From: Mustelus asterias | Lineage: Eukaryota | Length of the DNA stretch: 64,000 nt | Reading direction: 5' to 3' | NCBI RefSeq assembly: GCF_964213995.1 | Contig: NW_027590120.1 | Location: forward strand, 1,240,001 to 1,304,000 | Part shown: piece after piece, positions 11,902-24,224 of the stretch | Numbering within the stretch: position 1 is the stretch's first letter | Layout of the letters: every line of letters begins with the position of its first letter | The notes under the pieces: model-generated | The model's database searches: none | The model's input: the letters and a program-made list of their open reading frames with translations, nothing else | Told to the model about the DNA's origin: nothing | Made by a program: the position numbers and the translations under genes

Positions 11902-12775
11902 CTAGACAGTGAGGAAGGGTGTCGTAGTTTGCAGGAAGACTTAGACAGGTTGCAAAGTTGGGCCGAGAGGTGGCGGATGGAGTTTAATGCGGAGAAGTGT
12001 GAGGTAATTCACTTTGGTAGGAATAACAGATGTGTTGAGTATAGGGCTAACGGGAGGACTTTGAATAGTGTGGAGGAGCAGAGGGATCTAGGTGTATGTG
12101 TGCATAGATCCCTGAAAGTTGGGAATCAAGTAGATAAGGTTGTTAAGAAGGCATATGGTGTCTTGGCGTTTATTGGTAGGGGGATTGAATTTAGGAGTCG
12201 TAGCGTTATGTTGCAACTGTACACAACTCTGGTGCGGCCGCACTTGGAGTACTGTGTGCAGTTCTGGTCCCCACATTACAGGAAGGATGTGGAGGCTTTG
12301 GAGAGGGTGCAGAGGAGGTTTACCAGGATGTTGCCTGGTATGGAGGGGAGATCCTATGAGGAGAGGCTGAGGGATTTGGGATTGTTTTCGCTGGAAAGGC
12401 GGCGGCTAAGAGGGGATCTTATTGAAACATATAAGATGATTAGAGGTTTAGATAGGGTGGATAGTGATAGCCTTTTTCCTCTGATGGAGAAATCCAGCAC
12501 GAGGGGGCATGGCTTTAAATTGAGGGGGGGTAGTTATAGAACCGATGTCAGGGGTAGGTTCTTTACCCAGAGGGTGGTGAGGGATTGGAATGCCCTGCCA
12601 GCATCAGTAGTAAATGCGCCTAGTTTGGGGGCGTTTAAGAGATCCGTAGATAGGTTCATGGACGAAAAGAAATTGGTTTAGGTTGGAGGGTCACAGTTTT
12701 TTTTTTAACTGGTCGGTGCAACATCGTGGGCCGAAGGGCCTGTTCTGCGCTGTAATGTTCTATGTTCTATGTTCT
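11902..12775 (+). mobile_element. CR1-clade LINE 3' fragment nested in a SINE (11850-11901 / 12776-13040)
   Basis: Open C-terminal ORF2 (LQEDLDRL...RPHLEYC...RRRLRGDLIE) with a TTCTATG tail; AGGGGC on both sides. Confidence 0.93.
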
Positions 12776-13201
12776 AGGGGCAAGGGTTTGATTCCCGGCT
12801 TGGGTCACTGTCTGTGCGGAGTTTGCACATATTTTCCATGTCTTCATGGGTTTACTCCGGGTGCTCCCGTTTCCTCCCACAGTCCAAAGATGTGCGGGTT
12901 AGGTGGATTGGCCATGATAAATTGCCTCTTATTGTCAGGTGGTGGGGTAAATGCATGCAAATATGGGGATAGGGCCTGGATGTGGTTGTGGTTTGTGCAA
13001 ACTCGATGGGCCGAATGGTCTCTTTCTGCACTGTGAAAACTTATATGAAGAGGAATTTCCCATCAATTAACACACGCTCAGCACCACAGAAAGAGAGCGT
13101 TCGCCACAACTGTTCCTTATAATGTTGCTTTGTTTATATTAAGAGTTCACAATCCAGGTCACAGACCTGATTCAATGATAGGAGGTGAGAGTGCCTTTGC
13201 T

Positions 13202-13678
13202 GATTTTTGTAGGGCTGACTGTGCCTCTGTAACAGTGTGGGGTTCAGCGCACAGTGATATCCGGCACAATCAGAGACAGGGACACCGGTGATTTAAAGGA
13301 AATGCTTTCTTGCCTTGGTCTAAATCAGCAGAGAACCTGTCAGGGAAACCTGCAGACTTCTCTCGCTGCCACGTGCTGTATTTCTTCAGTAAATATCTCG
13401 GAGCTCCCCTGGATATTGAATGTACCAGAAGAGAGTCCCGCCAGTGTATCTTGTCGTGTAATTGCAATTCAATATTACTGTATTTCCTTCCTGGACCGTT
13501 AATTCGGGCATTTCCTTCCTGGAAAACTGAATCTTGGCCATTGGTTCCTGTAACAACATATATAACGTGTGAGAAATCTGTGCGTGAATATAACCCATGA
13601 AGCACACACTTGAGATTTGAGCTCAGACACACCGGGCAGCATGACCATTATTATCAGTAAAGCACACAGGGAACACAT
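13202..13678 (-). pseudogene. TCR alpha/delta-type V segment V5 (leader 13678-13633, V exon 13547-13240, RSS 13239-13202); frameshifted pseudogene
   Basis: Leader MCSLCALLIIMVMLP|GT. GTNGQDSVFQ / ELTVQEGNTVILNCNYTT...LFWYIQYPG / APRYLLKK...FPDRFSA / YHCALNP are separated by frameshifts. RSS CACACTG-22-ACAAAAATC. Confidence 0.92.
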
Positions 13679-14562
13679 GGTTCCTGATTGGACAGTAAAC
13701 AGCGACACTGTTTAAACTATGTTGTTGTTTCCAGTCTTATGTCACAGAGTCAACTCAGATCAGAGGCAAAGGCAACTGCAATTGTTGGAAACTGGCGGGC
13801 GTTTCTCAGTTTTGTGATTGGCTAACCTCCCTGAGATGACGTTAGCTTTGGACCAATCACTGTTTGCTGACGACGAAGGGCAGTTGGCTTTCTCCAATCA
13901 AATTGTAGACCAGGCTGTGTGCGTCTTTCTCACCCTCTTGCTCTCAGTCATTCTGTCTCTTTCTCTGTTTAACTCGCTTTCTTTCGAACTCAATGTCGGT
14001 ATATTTCTTGAGGTAAATCTTTTCAATCAAGGTGAAAAATGAAACAGATAATTTGAAATCTGTCTGATGCACAGTTATTTAGTGCCCAGTGTATGAGGAT
14101 AATTAATAGATACCGTTCTCAGTACACCGGGATAAAGTAATCACCCAACTCCGCATTGAGATGCGTTCCACTGGGGAAGCATTGATTTCAGTCAGTCATT
14201 ATTTTTAACCCAGCAACTTCAACATGTGACAACTCTAAGTCTGCCTTTGGATATTTGATCGCTTTTGAAAGGTGTGGTCTGCCTGACAGTTAACTGATCT
14301 GGAACATTTAAAGTATAGATTGATGACGTTGTTCACCTGAAAGATCTGCAGACTTGTGTGAATGGGATCGGGCAACGATTGGAATTGATCTGGTATAATG
14401 TAAGTAAATATATGTCAAATTTCCCAACAGTGACAATCATTTACCTCAGTGAGCGAAAACATTCAGATGGGGCTGTATTGTCAGGTACTATGGGCACATT
14501 TTCTCTGATTTTTAATCCTATGTGTTCTCCTGACAATGAACCATTGATTTTCGACCTGCGCC

Positions 14563-15079
14563 AGTTTTTGCATGAGGCCCGCGGGAACCTCATTCACTCT
14601 AGGTCTCAGTGCGCAGTAATACACGGCGCTGTCTGTCATCTTCAAATCTTCCATTGACAAGTGAAAAGTGTTTTGTTTCAGATTGAGATTCCCGCTGAAC
14701 TGTTCAAATCGAGGAGCCGTCTCGATAAATACATAACTAGCAGCTCTGAGCAGATACTGAGGAGTTCGGAGTGTATATTGGCGATACCAGAACAGGTAAT
14801 GTTGTGCAGCTGAACTCGGTACCGAGTAACTGCAGGGTATTGCTGAATCTTCACCCGCTTCTGCTTCAACTCCTGGTTCTGACTGGGACAATGAGTCTCC
14901 GTTACTCATGTCTGAAAAAAGGCAACAGAAACGCAGCGGGTTAGAAGGAGTAACAACAACGGAATAAGCGCCTCGAGGTGGAAATGGGGAATGAATATGG
15001 TGATTGAGGATTTCACGCAGAAGTTCAAAATGACAGACCTGCAATCAGGACAACAATCGGAGTCAGAGTTCCATCCCAT
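14563..15079 (-). pseudogene. TCR alpha/delta-type V segment V6: open V exon (14911-14602) but frameshifted leader and defective RSS heptamer
   Basis: DMSNGDSLSQSEP...IPCSYS...LFWYRQY...LKMTDSAVYYCALRP. RSS is TAGAGTG-23-GCAAAAACT. Leader ATG (15079) is out of frame with TLTPIVVLIA|GT. Confidence 0.88.
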
Positions 15080-16216
15080 GCTTCGAGTCTGAACACCAGA
15101 AAAAGAGAGAGTGACCGCTGTCTGCATCAGACCTGCAATTGGAGGAGTTAAAACAGTCAAGGGGATGTGAGGAGGTCGAAGGTGACTCCATCTCTCCGTC
15201 CATTTTTGCATCTTCAAACAGACGCTTCCTTGAGAAGAGGATCGTGATCTTTTATAAGTGATCAGAGAGCGCCCTCCCGTGGACAGCACAGCCGCATATC
15301 GGAAGCAGGTTCACACAAGGCCAACTGCAAAGACACATATAGAGATCAGAGAATCATAGAACCGCTACAGAAGGAAGCCATTCGGCCCAGCGAGTCTGTA
15401 CCGGCTACAATTCCACCGAGGCCCTATTCCCGTAACCGCACAAATTTACCCTGCTAATCTCCGACGCTCGGGGTCAATTTAGCATGGCCAATCCACCTAA
15501 TCCGCACATCTTTGGACAGTCGGAGGAAAGCACAGCACCCGAGGAAACACAGCAGACATGGGCAGAACAAATACACACACGGCCACGTGCAAAGACAAAC
15601 ACGAATAAAGACATATAACCATATAGATATATGCCCAGTGACATCAATTCTAACGTCCCTCATTATAAATCCAGAATTATTCTGCAGATTTCTGACACCT
15701 ATTAGTTTGCGTTGCTTACCATGTAATTCATAAATAACTCCTCCTCTGTGTTCACTGGAAGCCTCGTATACTACACAGAATCAACACCAGCATAAACACA
15801 TAGGCAAGTAAATGCAGTGATAGATTCCCAAACCAATCGACTCAAACATAGGCGCACGGAGAATCACGAAGGAAGGTAAAGAATCATTAGCACAGCCATT
15901 GACACACAAAAGAGGAATGAACCCATTGACAACCTCAAAAACCCACTGGCTCCAGAGTAAAATTCCTGAGCTGGAATTCCCTGGTGTCGTGTCAGTGAGG
16001 CAATATTGTTTCAGATATTCTTTGCGATGGAACAGAACATTTTAACAACAGGAACAGCCGGAAATCTATTTCTCATCAATGGTGATTATTGATTGACGAC
16101 TCGATAGATTTTTCTCTCTGCTGTTGAAACTGGCACCAGTATCACTCATGTTTTTGATCAGGAAGTAATTCCATCTCCATCTAAACCATGTGCTACAAGA
16201 AGGCAATAAATCTTCA

Positions 16217-16282
16217 TCCCCTGAGCCGGAATCGAACCGCTGCGATAAAAGCACCAAATCCTAACCACGACAACATCAGGGA
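16217..16282 (-). pseudogene. Degenerate tRNA-Glu pseudogene
   Basis: TCCCTGATG...GTGGTTAGGATTTGGTGCTTTT...GGTTCGATTCCGGCTCAGGGGA aligns to the intact copy at 22210, with a deletion. Confidence 0.7.
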
Positions 16283-16429
16283 GATTGCCTGCAAGGATTT
16301 TAATCTAACCTCCCCATGATAATTTGGCGCTTTGTTTCTATTTCAGCATTTTTTTTGTATATCAGGGACAAGTCTGTCTGACAAGTGCCTCTTCAAATAT
16401 ACAAATTTACTGCTGGAATGCGAACAAGA

Positions 16430-16733
16430 ATCATAGAAACCCTACAGTGCAGAAGGAGGTCATTCGGCCCATCGAGTCTGCACCGACCACAATCCCACCC
16501 AGGCCCTACCCCCACATATTTACCCGCTAATCCCTCTAACCTACGCATTTTAGGATTCTAAGGGGCAATTTTTAACCTGGCCAATCAACCTAACCCGCAC
16601 ATCTTTGGGAGGAAACCCACGCAGACACGAGAAGAACGTGCAAACTCCACACAGACAGTGACCCGAGCCGAGAATCGAACCCGGCACCCTGGAGCTGTGA
16701 AGCAGCAGTGCTAACCACTGCGCTACCGTGCCG
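16430..16733 (-). mobile_element. Young tRNA-derived SINE; near-identical copies at 44280-44615 and 62970-63307
   Basis: Almost base-identical sequence in three places. Confidence 0.9.
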
Positions 16734-17860
16734 CAGAACAGAAAACGCTGGAAAATCTCAACAGGTCTGAAAGCACCTGTGAAGAGAGAATAGAGCGAAT
16801 GCTCAAAGTCTGGATGACCCTTCGTCAGAGCTGAAGACAAATAAGTTTGGACGAGGTTTATCCTGAAATGGCGAGGGATATGGTTGTGGTATGGGTGACA
16901 GTGGTGTCACATATAAAAAACAAACAAACAAAGGGAATGTAATTGGTTGTGATCATGGCTAAGAAGGCTGCCCATTAAGAGATCAGAATGTGTAAATGGC
17001 AGGAAAAAGGAAATGTAAGAGACGGCCCGAGTGGGGTGGAGGGAGAGGGGGCAACAAAATGGAAAGTGAGATTTTAAATAAAAAATGCAAAACATGGAAA
17101 TTAAACAATAAGTATATATATAAAAGAAGATATAAAATAATAAAAATAATTAAATAAGATAAAATGAAATAAAACAAAATAAATGGAAATGGGGTGAAGA
17201 TGGAGGAGAGGAGGTGCTCACAAGTTGTTGAACTCAATGTTAAGTCTGGTTTGCACTAAGCGCCGAATCGGGAGATAGGGCAATGTTCCTCCAGTTTGCA
17301 TTGGAATGCCTCCTTATACCATCGTTTATTGCTACTTCCATCACATTACTGATGATCAAGAATAGATTGGTGGTAATTGGAGGTGTTGGATTTGACCTGA
17401 TTTTTGTTAGCGGGACAATCTTGGACAAATTGTCGCATTGGCGGTTGATGCCAGTGTCGTAGTTTAGGAACAGCTTAGCTAAGGCTATGGCAAATTCTGA
17501 AGATCAATTCTTCAGCACCATTACCAGAATATTTTTCAGGGACAGAGCATTTTCTCTTTCCAATGTCTTCAAGTTTTTGTTTCTTGAAATCACATGGAAC
17601 AGTGAAGTGCATCTGTTCCGTTCAGCGTCTACCCCCACTCTGGCTCTTTCTTTTCTCTCTCTGTAGATTGCCTCAGTCCCTCCCTCTCTCAGTCCGACTA
17701 TCCATTCCCCTCTTTTGATTTTGTTCCTTCTATTCTCTCCCTGTCTGGGTGGTACCAAATTTAATTGAATTGATTCCTGAAATGAGGCAGTTGTTGACCT
17801 GGGGTTTGATTGAAAGTGGGGGAGGAGACTCAATGGGACATGTGATCTAATCCAACTCCA

Positions 17861-19099
17861 TTGTGTGTCTCTCTCTTTGCGTGTGTGTGTGTCTCTCTCT
17901 GTGTGTGTGTCTTTCTCGCTCTCTCTCTGTGCTTCTGTCTCTCTCTCGCTCTGTGCGTGTGTGTCTCTCTCTGTGTACGTCTCTCTCTCTCTGTGTGTGC
18001 GTATGTGTCTCTCTNNNNNNNNNNNNNNNNNNNNNNNNNNNNNNNNNNNNNNNNNNNNNNNNNNNNNNNNNNNNNNNNNNNNNNNNNNNNNNNNNNNNNN
18101 NNNNNNNNNNNNNNNNNNNNNNNNNNNNNNNNNNNNNNNNNNNTCGCTCTCTCTGTGCGTCTGTGTTACTCTCTCTATGCGTTTGTGTGTCTCTCTGTGC
18201 GTGTGTCTCTCTCTCTGTCTGTGTGCGTGTGTGTCTGTGTGTGTGTGTGTGTCGCTCTCTCTCTCTCNNNNNNNNNNNNNNNNNNNNNNNNNNNNNNNNN
18301 NNNNNNNNNNNNNNNNNNNNNNNNNNNNNNNNNNNNNNNNNNNNNNNNNNNNNNNNNNNNNNNNNNNNNNNNNNNNNNNNNNNNNNNNNNNNNNNNNNNN
18401 NNNNNNNNNNNNNNNNNNNNNNNNNNNNNNNNNNNNNNNNNNNNNNNNNNNNNNNNNNNNNNNNNNNNNNNNNNNNNNNNNNNNNNNNNNNNNNNNNNNN
18501 NNNNNNNNNNNNNNNNNNNNNNNNNNNNNNNNNNNNNNNNNNNNNNNNNNNNNNNNNNNNNNNNNNNNNNNNNNNNNNNNNNNNNNNNNNNNNNNNNNNN
18601 NNNTCTGTTCGTCGGTCTCTCTCTCTCTCTGTGCGTGTGTGTCGCTCTCTCTCTNNNNNNNNNNNNNNNNNNNNNNNNNNNNNNNNNNNNNNNNNNNNNN
18701 NNNNNNNNNNNNNNNNNNNNNNNNNNNNNNNNNNNNNNNNNNNNNNNNNNNNNNNNNNNNNNNNNNNNNNNNNNNNNNNNNNNNNNNNNNNNNNNNNNNN
18801 NNNNNNNNNNNNNNNNNNNNNNNNNNNNNNNNNNNNNNNNNNNNNNNNNNNNNNNNNNNNNNNNNNNNNNNNNNNNNNNNNNNNNNNNNNNNNNNNNNNN
18901 NNNNNNNNNNNNNNNNNNNNNNNNNNGTGCGTATGTGTGTCTCTCTGNNNNNNNNNNNNNNNNNNNNNNNNNNNNNNNNNNNNNNNNNNNNNNNNNNNNN
19001 NNNNNNNNNNNNNNNNNNNNNNNNNNNNNNNNNNNNNNNNNNNNNNNNNNNNNNNNNNNNNNNNNNNNNNNNNNNNNNNNNNNNNNNNNNNNNNNNNNN
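17861..19099. repeat. (TG)n/(TC)n compound microsatellite with assembly gaps or masked N runs
   Basis: Low-complexity sequence interrupted by four N blocks. Confidence 0.95.
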
Positions 19100-19580
19100 A
19101 TACCAGCTCTCACAGCAATGACTTCTGCTGGTGTCGTTGATGGGAAGTCTCAGACACTAAATTTAGGATAAACATGTTTATGAAGGAGAGGGATCAAATT
19201 CTCCCACTGTCCGATTTTCACTTAAACTACTATAAACGTTATGATCAGCTTTGGTCAAACATGTGATTACTAAAATTGAATACAGTGGTATGTATCATCA
19301 TTCATTTTGATTCGAGGGACCAGCAGCGAGAATGTAAAGTGAGCAACTGGATAAAAGCAAATTACAGCGGATGCTGGAATCTGAAACCAAATGTGTCACA
19401 CAAAACTTTGACAAAGAGTCATCTGGACCCGAAACGTCAGCCCTTTTCTCTCCGACGGATGCTGCCAGACCCAATGTGATTTTCCAGCATTTTCTCTTTT
19501 CTGTAAAGTGAGCAACTGACGGGCTTGTCGGACGAGATTAGTTGCTCAACCAGTAAATCGCAACTGCTTCAAATGCGCAC

Positions 19581-19653
19581 GTTTCTGTACTGTAGTGGTT
19601 ATTACGCTTGCCTTGCACGCGGAAAGTCCACGTTTTGAAACCAGGCAGAAACA
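19581..19653 (+). pseudogene. tRNA-Val pseudogene
   Basis: GTTTCTGTACTGTAGTGGTTATTACG...GAAACCAGGCAGAAACA matches the vertebrate tRNA-Val body; anticodon and B-box are mutated. Confidence 0.75.
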
Positions 19654-20799
19654 TTTCAAAATGGCTTTATTTCAAAATGATTCAAATTTCAGAATTATTC
19701 ACGTTTATCATGAAACATTCATTGAACTATTGAGTTGTTTGCGGCATTTAAGGCGGGAATAATTCAATGTCGGAATATAGAAAGTCTGTGATTGTGACTC
19801 AGGCAGGATGGATTCACTGACACAAGGAATAAGGCCAAGGGCAACATTTGTTCCCGTTATTTGAAAACTTTGCTGCTTTTCTGGGCGAACTCCAGCTCTC
19901 CATTCCTCCATTTCACCGCTCAAACTTAGACTTTCTCCATTCCGCTTTGTTAATCTCACAGTTACTGATTTCTGAATGAAAACTGCTTGCAATCAGTCGA
20001 AGTCAAAGAGTTTAGTGTTCCATTCATGGAGACGTTTTCTTGCCATTTAGCCCGAGAACGTTATCCAGAAATGAGTGATATTTCTGTCAATGCAAATGGT
20101 TAAATCTGACCCATTAACACCCAGATCTTACCTTGTATCTCTATCGGCAGCGTTTTGCATCATGTCACTGTCTTTCACTCTCTGTGTTTGTTCTTGACCT
20201 GTTGCACATGTGACATTTCCAAAACGAAGCAAAAGTGCAAATCTCACACCACCGATTCTGGCAGTGCTGCTTTGGACCAGGACGTATTGCTGGTTTGTTT
20301 CTTTAAAAAATCATTAAATCTTAATATATCGAAGGCAGCCTGCGACCCTGAAAGTGCCGAATCCTTACCACGAAACCACCAACATTCCATCTGCCTGATT
20401 CTCCCAGAGACTGATTACAGAAATGTGCACAGTGCCAATTGTCCACAGTCATAGACTCCTTACAGTCTCTTAAGATTTGAAATTGTTTATATTTTCACAT
20501 GAGCTTCCAGTGTGATGAAAGCAGAGCTGTGATAAGCTGATGTTGTTCAGTAGATTTACCGCAGTAAGGTTTATATCAGTTCGATTATAACATTGCTCTT
20601 TGAATGTGGTGAGCTACAGTGAAATTTAATGTAGTTGAAGATAGCCTTCTGACTTTTTTAAGGAGGAACAGCAAGGGCAATGTAAATATGAATTGGTGTG
20701 GGTAATTGACGGGATTGTGCAATGAGACTGATATTTCTCCCTGCTGTTCAAATTGGCGCAAGTATTGAGCGAGGATTTTCAAACGGTTGCCATGTGTTG

Positions 20800-20871
20800 G
20801 GTTTCGTGGTGTAATGGTGAGCATTCTGGACTCTGAATCCATCAATCCGAGTTCAAATCTCGGCGGAGCCT
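20800..20871 (+). tRNA. tRNA-Gln(CTG), diverged (possibly functional)
   Basis: 72 nt, GGTTTCGTGGTGTAATGG...GGACTCTGAATCC...GAGTTCAAATCTCGGCGGAGCCT. Acceptor stem pairs with G-U pairs; one anticodon-stem mismatch. Confidence 0.8.
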
Positions 20872-22209
20872 TGCTTTAATTTCCAAATGCAGATGGTTGA
20901 TTTGCTGAAGGGCGTTTCTTTTAAATTTCTCACAAAGTACTAATCAAGAGGACAATTTGTCAGCACGTTCCACTGCTATTACAATGCACATTGCTGAGCT
21001 TCTGGTGCCAGGTGCCTGCAACATCAGTGTTTTTCATCTTTTCGCTGCTCTTTAACTCCTCTGTTGAAAAAAATGAAGCAGCTGGTGTCACACAATAACA
21101 ATTCCTGTAATGTATGCTTCCCATCATTCTGACCAGATATTTACAGAATTAACCTGGCTCATGTGATAACCACCGCACTATAGAAACACGGAGATGGCCT
21201 GAGGGCAAGAAGATCCGGTTTGCTGGAGAGCAACGAGACTGGCTCCAGAAGCCCATCTTTTGCCCACAGCAATTGATATTACATTGCCTCTGCGTGTTCC
21301 TCCTGTCATAATGAATAATGATACTTCCCACTGTAGTAAAGTTTCGTAATAAAATGTTCGAGAAACAGTATTCATGACGTTTAAAACAGATCAACTGAAC
21401 ACCTGAAATTTGTGGCATTTGATCACTTTCCCCCACAAATGCTATTGCCTCGGATTCAATGCCTCAGAGCACTCACCAACGGTTCTGGCGGAAGTGATCG
21501 CTGTCAGATCTGGTGCTGCAGGGAACAGAATTAATGGAGTGGGATAGGCTCACATGTCCCATGGAGTCTCCTCCACAATTTAAGGAGATTATGACGAATC
21601 CCAGGACTCAACACCAATTTCCAACCCTATCATGATGGCCCTTCATTCCCTTAGGTTCCAAAAATATCTCCATCTGGAACTTCAATATCCTCATTAACTG
21701 AGGATCCACAGACCTCTGGCGAAGCGCCATCCAGACTCGAAACGTTGGCTTTTTTCTCTCTCCATTGATGCTGAGATGTTCCAGCATTTTCTGTTTTTGT
21801 TCCAGATTCCAGCATCCGCAGTATTTTGCTTTTCCCGCCGACAATTTACATTCCGTTTGGTTTTTTTCTATCACAACTTTGTCAACTCTTACCAACGGCT
21901 CCCACCCTCACCCCCCGCATCTCCCACACTTAAAGTATAAATCTCGCCATCTTTTCCTGTCTTCAGCTTTGATGACTGACCATACAGATTTGAAATGTTG
22001 GCTCTATTCTCTCTCCAGAGATGCCGTCATGCCTGTTGAGATTTTCGAGCATTTAAGTTTTTCTTTTAAGTTCCAGAATCTGCAGTAATTTGCTGTTGAC
22101 TGAAGCAGTCATTCGTGTTCGACATGAGGTTTTTTTCCCCCCAAACCTTTCTCGAGTATTTGAAAAACGCTGAAATGTATCGGTCAGATTAAAATGTTTG
22201 CTTGCAATT

Positions 22210-22281
22210 TCCCTGGTGGTCTAGTGGTTAGGATTTGGCGCTTTCACCGCCGCGGCCCGGGTTCGATTCCCGGTCAGGGAA
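22210..22281 (+). tRNA. tRNA-Glu(TTC), intact
   Basis: TCCCTGGTGGTCTAGTGGTTAGGATTTGGCGCTTTCACCGCCGCGGCCCGGGTTCGATTCCCGGTCAGGGAA followed by a T-run terminator. Confidence 0.96.
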
Positions 22282-22807
22282 TGTTTATTTTATTGCTGCC
22301 GACCAGCACATGACTGAGGAGGGGCTGAAATTACCTCCAGATCGAAAACAGGATTGATCATTGTGCCAGTTTAAACTACCTGAAGAAACAAAATAAACCC
22401 ACTTGCACAATCCGGTCAATTGTCCCCGGCAACTTTTCATTACATTCCCCTTGCTGCTTCCTCCTGTCAAAATGAATAATAATGCATTCTACCCCACTAA
22501 ATTTCACTGGAGCTCACCACATTGACAGATCATTCGTAACCTCTGCCTCTTCTATAGCTTCTTGTGGGAATTCTGCTGAACAACACTAGCTGATCACAGC
22601 TCTGCCGTGATTTCAGAGATTTGTATCTCGTTGATCATCATTACTGTCTCCATTGCTTCATTCCAGGTCACTGTCGCTACAGACATCGTCACACAGTCAT
22701 TCTACCTTCTGCAGTAAATGATGTACTCTTCCTTTGCTTTCAGATACTTTCACCTCCAGAAACTGATTACACGCTCAGTAAAATGTTCTGTTTAGTTGAC
22801 AGTTTAT

Positions 22808-22864
22808 CATCAATCCCGGGCCTTGGCGGTGAAAGCATTGACTCTGAACGACTTGACCACCTGG
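22808..22864 (-). pseudogene. Degenerate tRNA-Glu(TTC) fragment (another at ~20333-20381, minus strand)
   Basis: CCAGGTGGTCAAGT...GCTTTCACCGCCAAGGCCCGGGATTGAT. Confidence 0.6.
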
Positions 22865-23301
22865 CCTCCACCATCGCCAGCTAAATGTTGCCTTATCCAT
22901 CACTCCTTGTTTCATTTAATCATCCTCCCTTGCTTTATATCACAGAACATCCGTTTTGTTCTTTTCACAGGCTGATTCATGGCGTTACCATCAGAAAATG
23001 TTGGAAATACTCGGCAGTTAATGATTCGTGGCAAATGCGTGATTATTTCTGAAAGCTGAGTTACTCTGAAATTGAAAACATTTGGGTTTGTTTCTGTAAA
23101 GGTGAAATACTGCTCATGCTGGAACCTGAAACACAAAAAAAAAACTTGAAAATCTCAGCAGGTCTGACAGCATCTGTGAAGAGAGAACAGAGCCAATCAG
23201 GAAATCTGATGAAGGGTCATCCAGATTTGAAACGTTTGTTTCCTCACAGAGGCTGTCAATCCTGCTGAGATTTTCCAACATTTTCTATTCCCGTTTAATA
23301 A

Positions 23302-23373
23302 GTTTCTGCTCAGGATTGAACCAGGAAACTTGCATGTGTACGGCGACCGTGATAAGTACCACACTACAGAAAC
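23302..23373 (-). pseudogene. tRNA-Val(TAC) pseudogene (5' fragment also at 21148-21188, minus strand)
   Basis: GTTTCTGTAGTGTGGTACTTATCACGGTCGCCGTACACATG...GGTTCAATCCTGAGCAGAAAC. Confidence 0.72.
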
Positions 23374-24224
23374 GCTGCGATGCAATGATGTAAGGAAACT
23401 GGCTCCACAAAAACGTCAATTACCTACAGCAATTTATATTTGCATTGTGTCTGCTGGTAACTCCTGTTAAAATGTTTAATGATACATCCTACTACGTAGA
23501 ATTCCGGTGCAGTCACCACCCCGGGTCTTATCTTTGAGAATAGACTCGGTCGAGGGGACATCGAATGTGAATTGCCAAAGTGGCTTGGCGATCAACGCTG
23601 AAACTGGAAATTACAATGAACATTTTGCTGTCTCTCTCTCTCTCTCTCTCTCCCCCACTCTCTCATTTACAGCATTAGATTGAGTCAAAAGCGTCGTGAC
23701 TTTCGATGTTGACAGTGGAGAAATTGTCAGAAGGGAATGAATAAACGAGAAGGAGTTATGAGAGCCGAGAGACAGGTTGAATGTTTGGTGGATGTGCTGG
23801 GAAGTGTGTGCGCGATATGAGTAGTGTGGAGGAGGTGAATAGGTTCGCGCTCTCTTGTGGCCGTGGCTGACATGATTGTGCAAGTTGAAGATTTTAAAAG
23901 TGCAGTTCCTGCCGTGAGCAGCAGGGGGCGGTAGAAGTGAGGTGGATATTGAGGAGGCAAAGAATGGGGAGAGTGAGGAAAGTGGGAATTGCAGGATGGT
24001 GCGTGTGAGCGTGCAGGGCAGGTGGAGAGTTGGTTGGTCAAAAGTGTGTGTACCCTTGGTTTTGCTGTCCTTGCGTAGTTTGCTGTGGTGATGGCATTGG
24101 ATGTGAGAGTGAATGAAAGGGGCAGCAGAGGGAGTGAGTGTGGAGGCAGGCAGAGAGGCATCCGGTTTCTCTGCATTGATGGGAACGGCAAAACAGTTTG
24201 TTTGCTGCGATTGAAGGTGTGGAG

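Noticed and set aside
17861-19171. Long ORFs of 300-430 aa
   Set aside because: Artefacts of microsatellite sequence and N runs.
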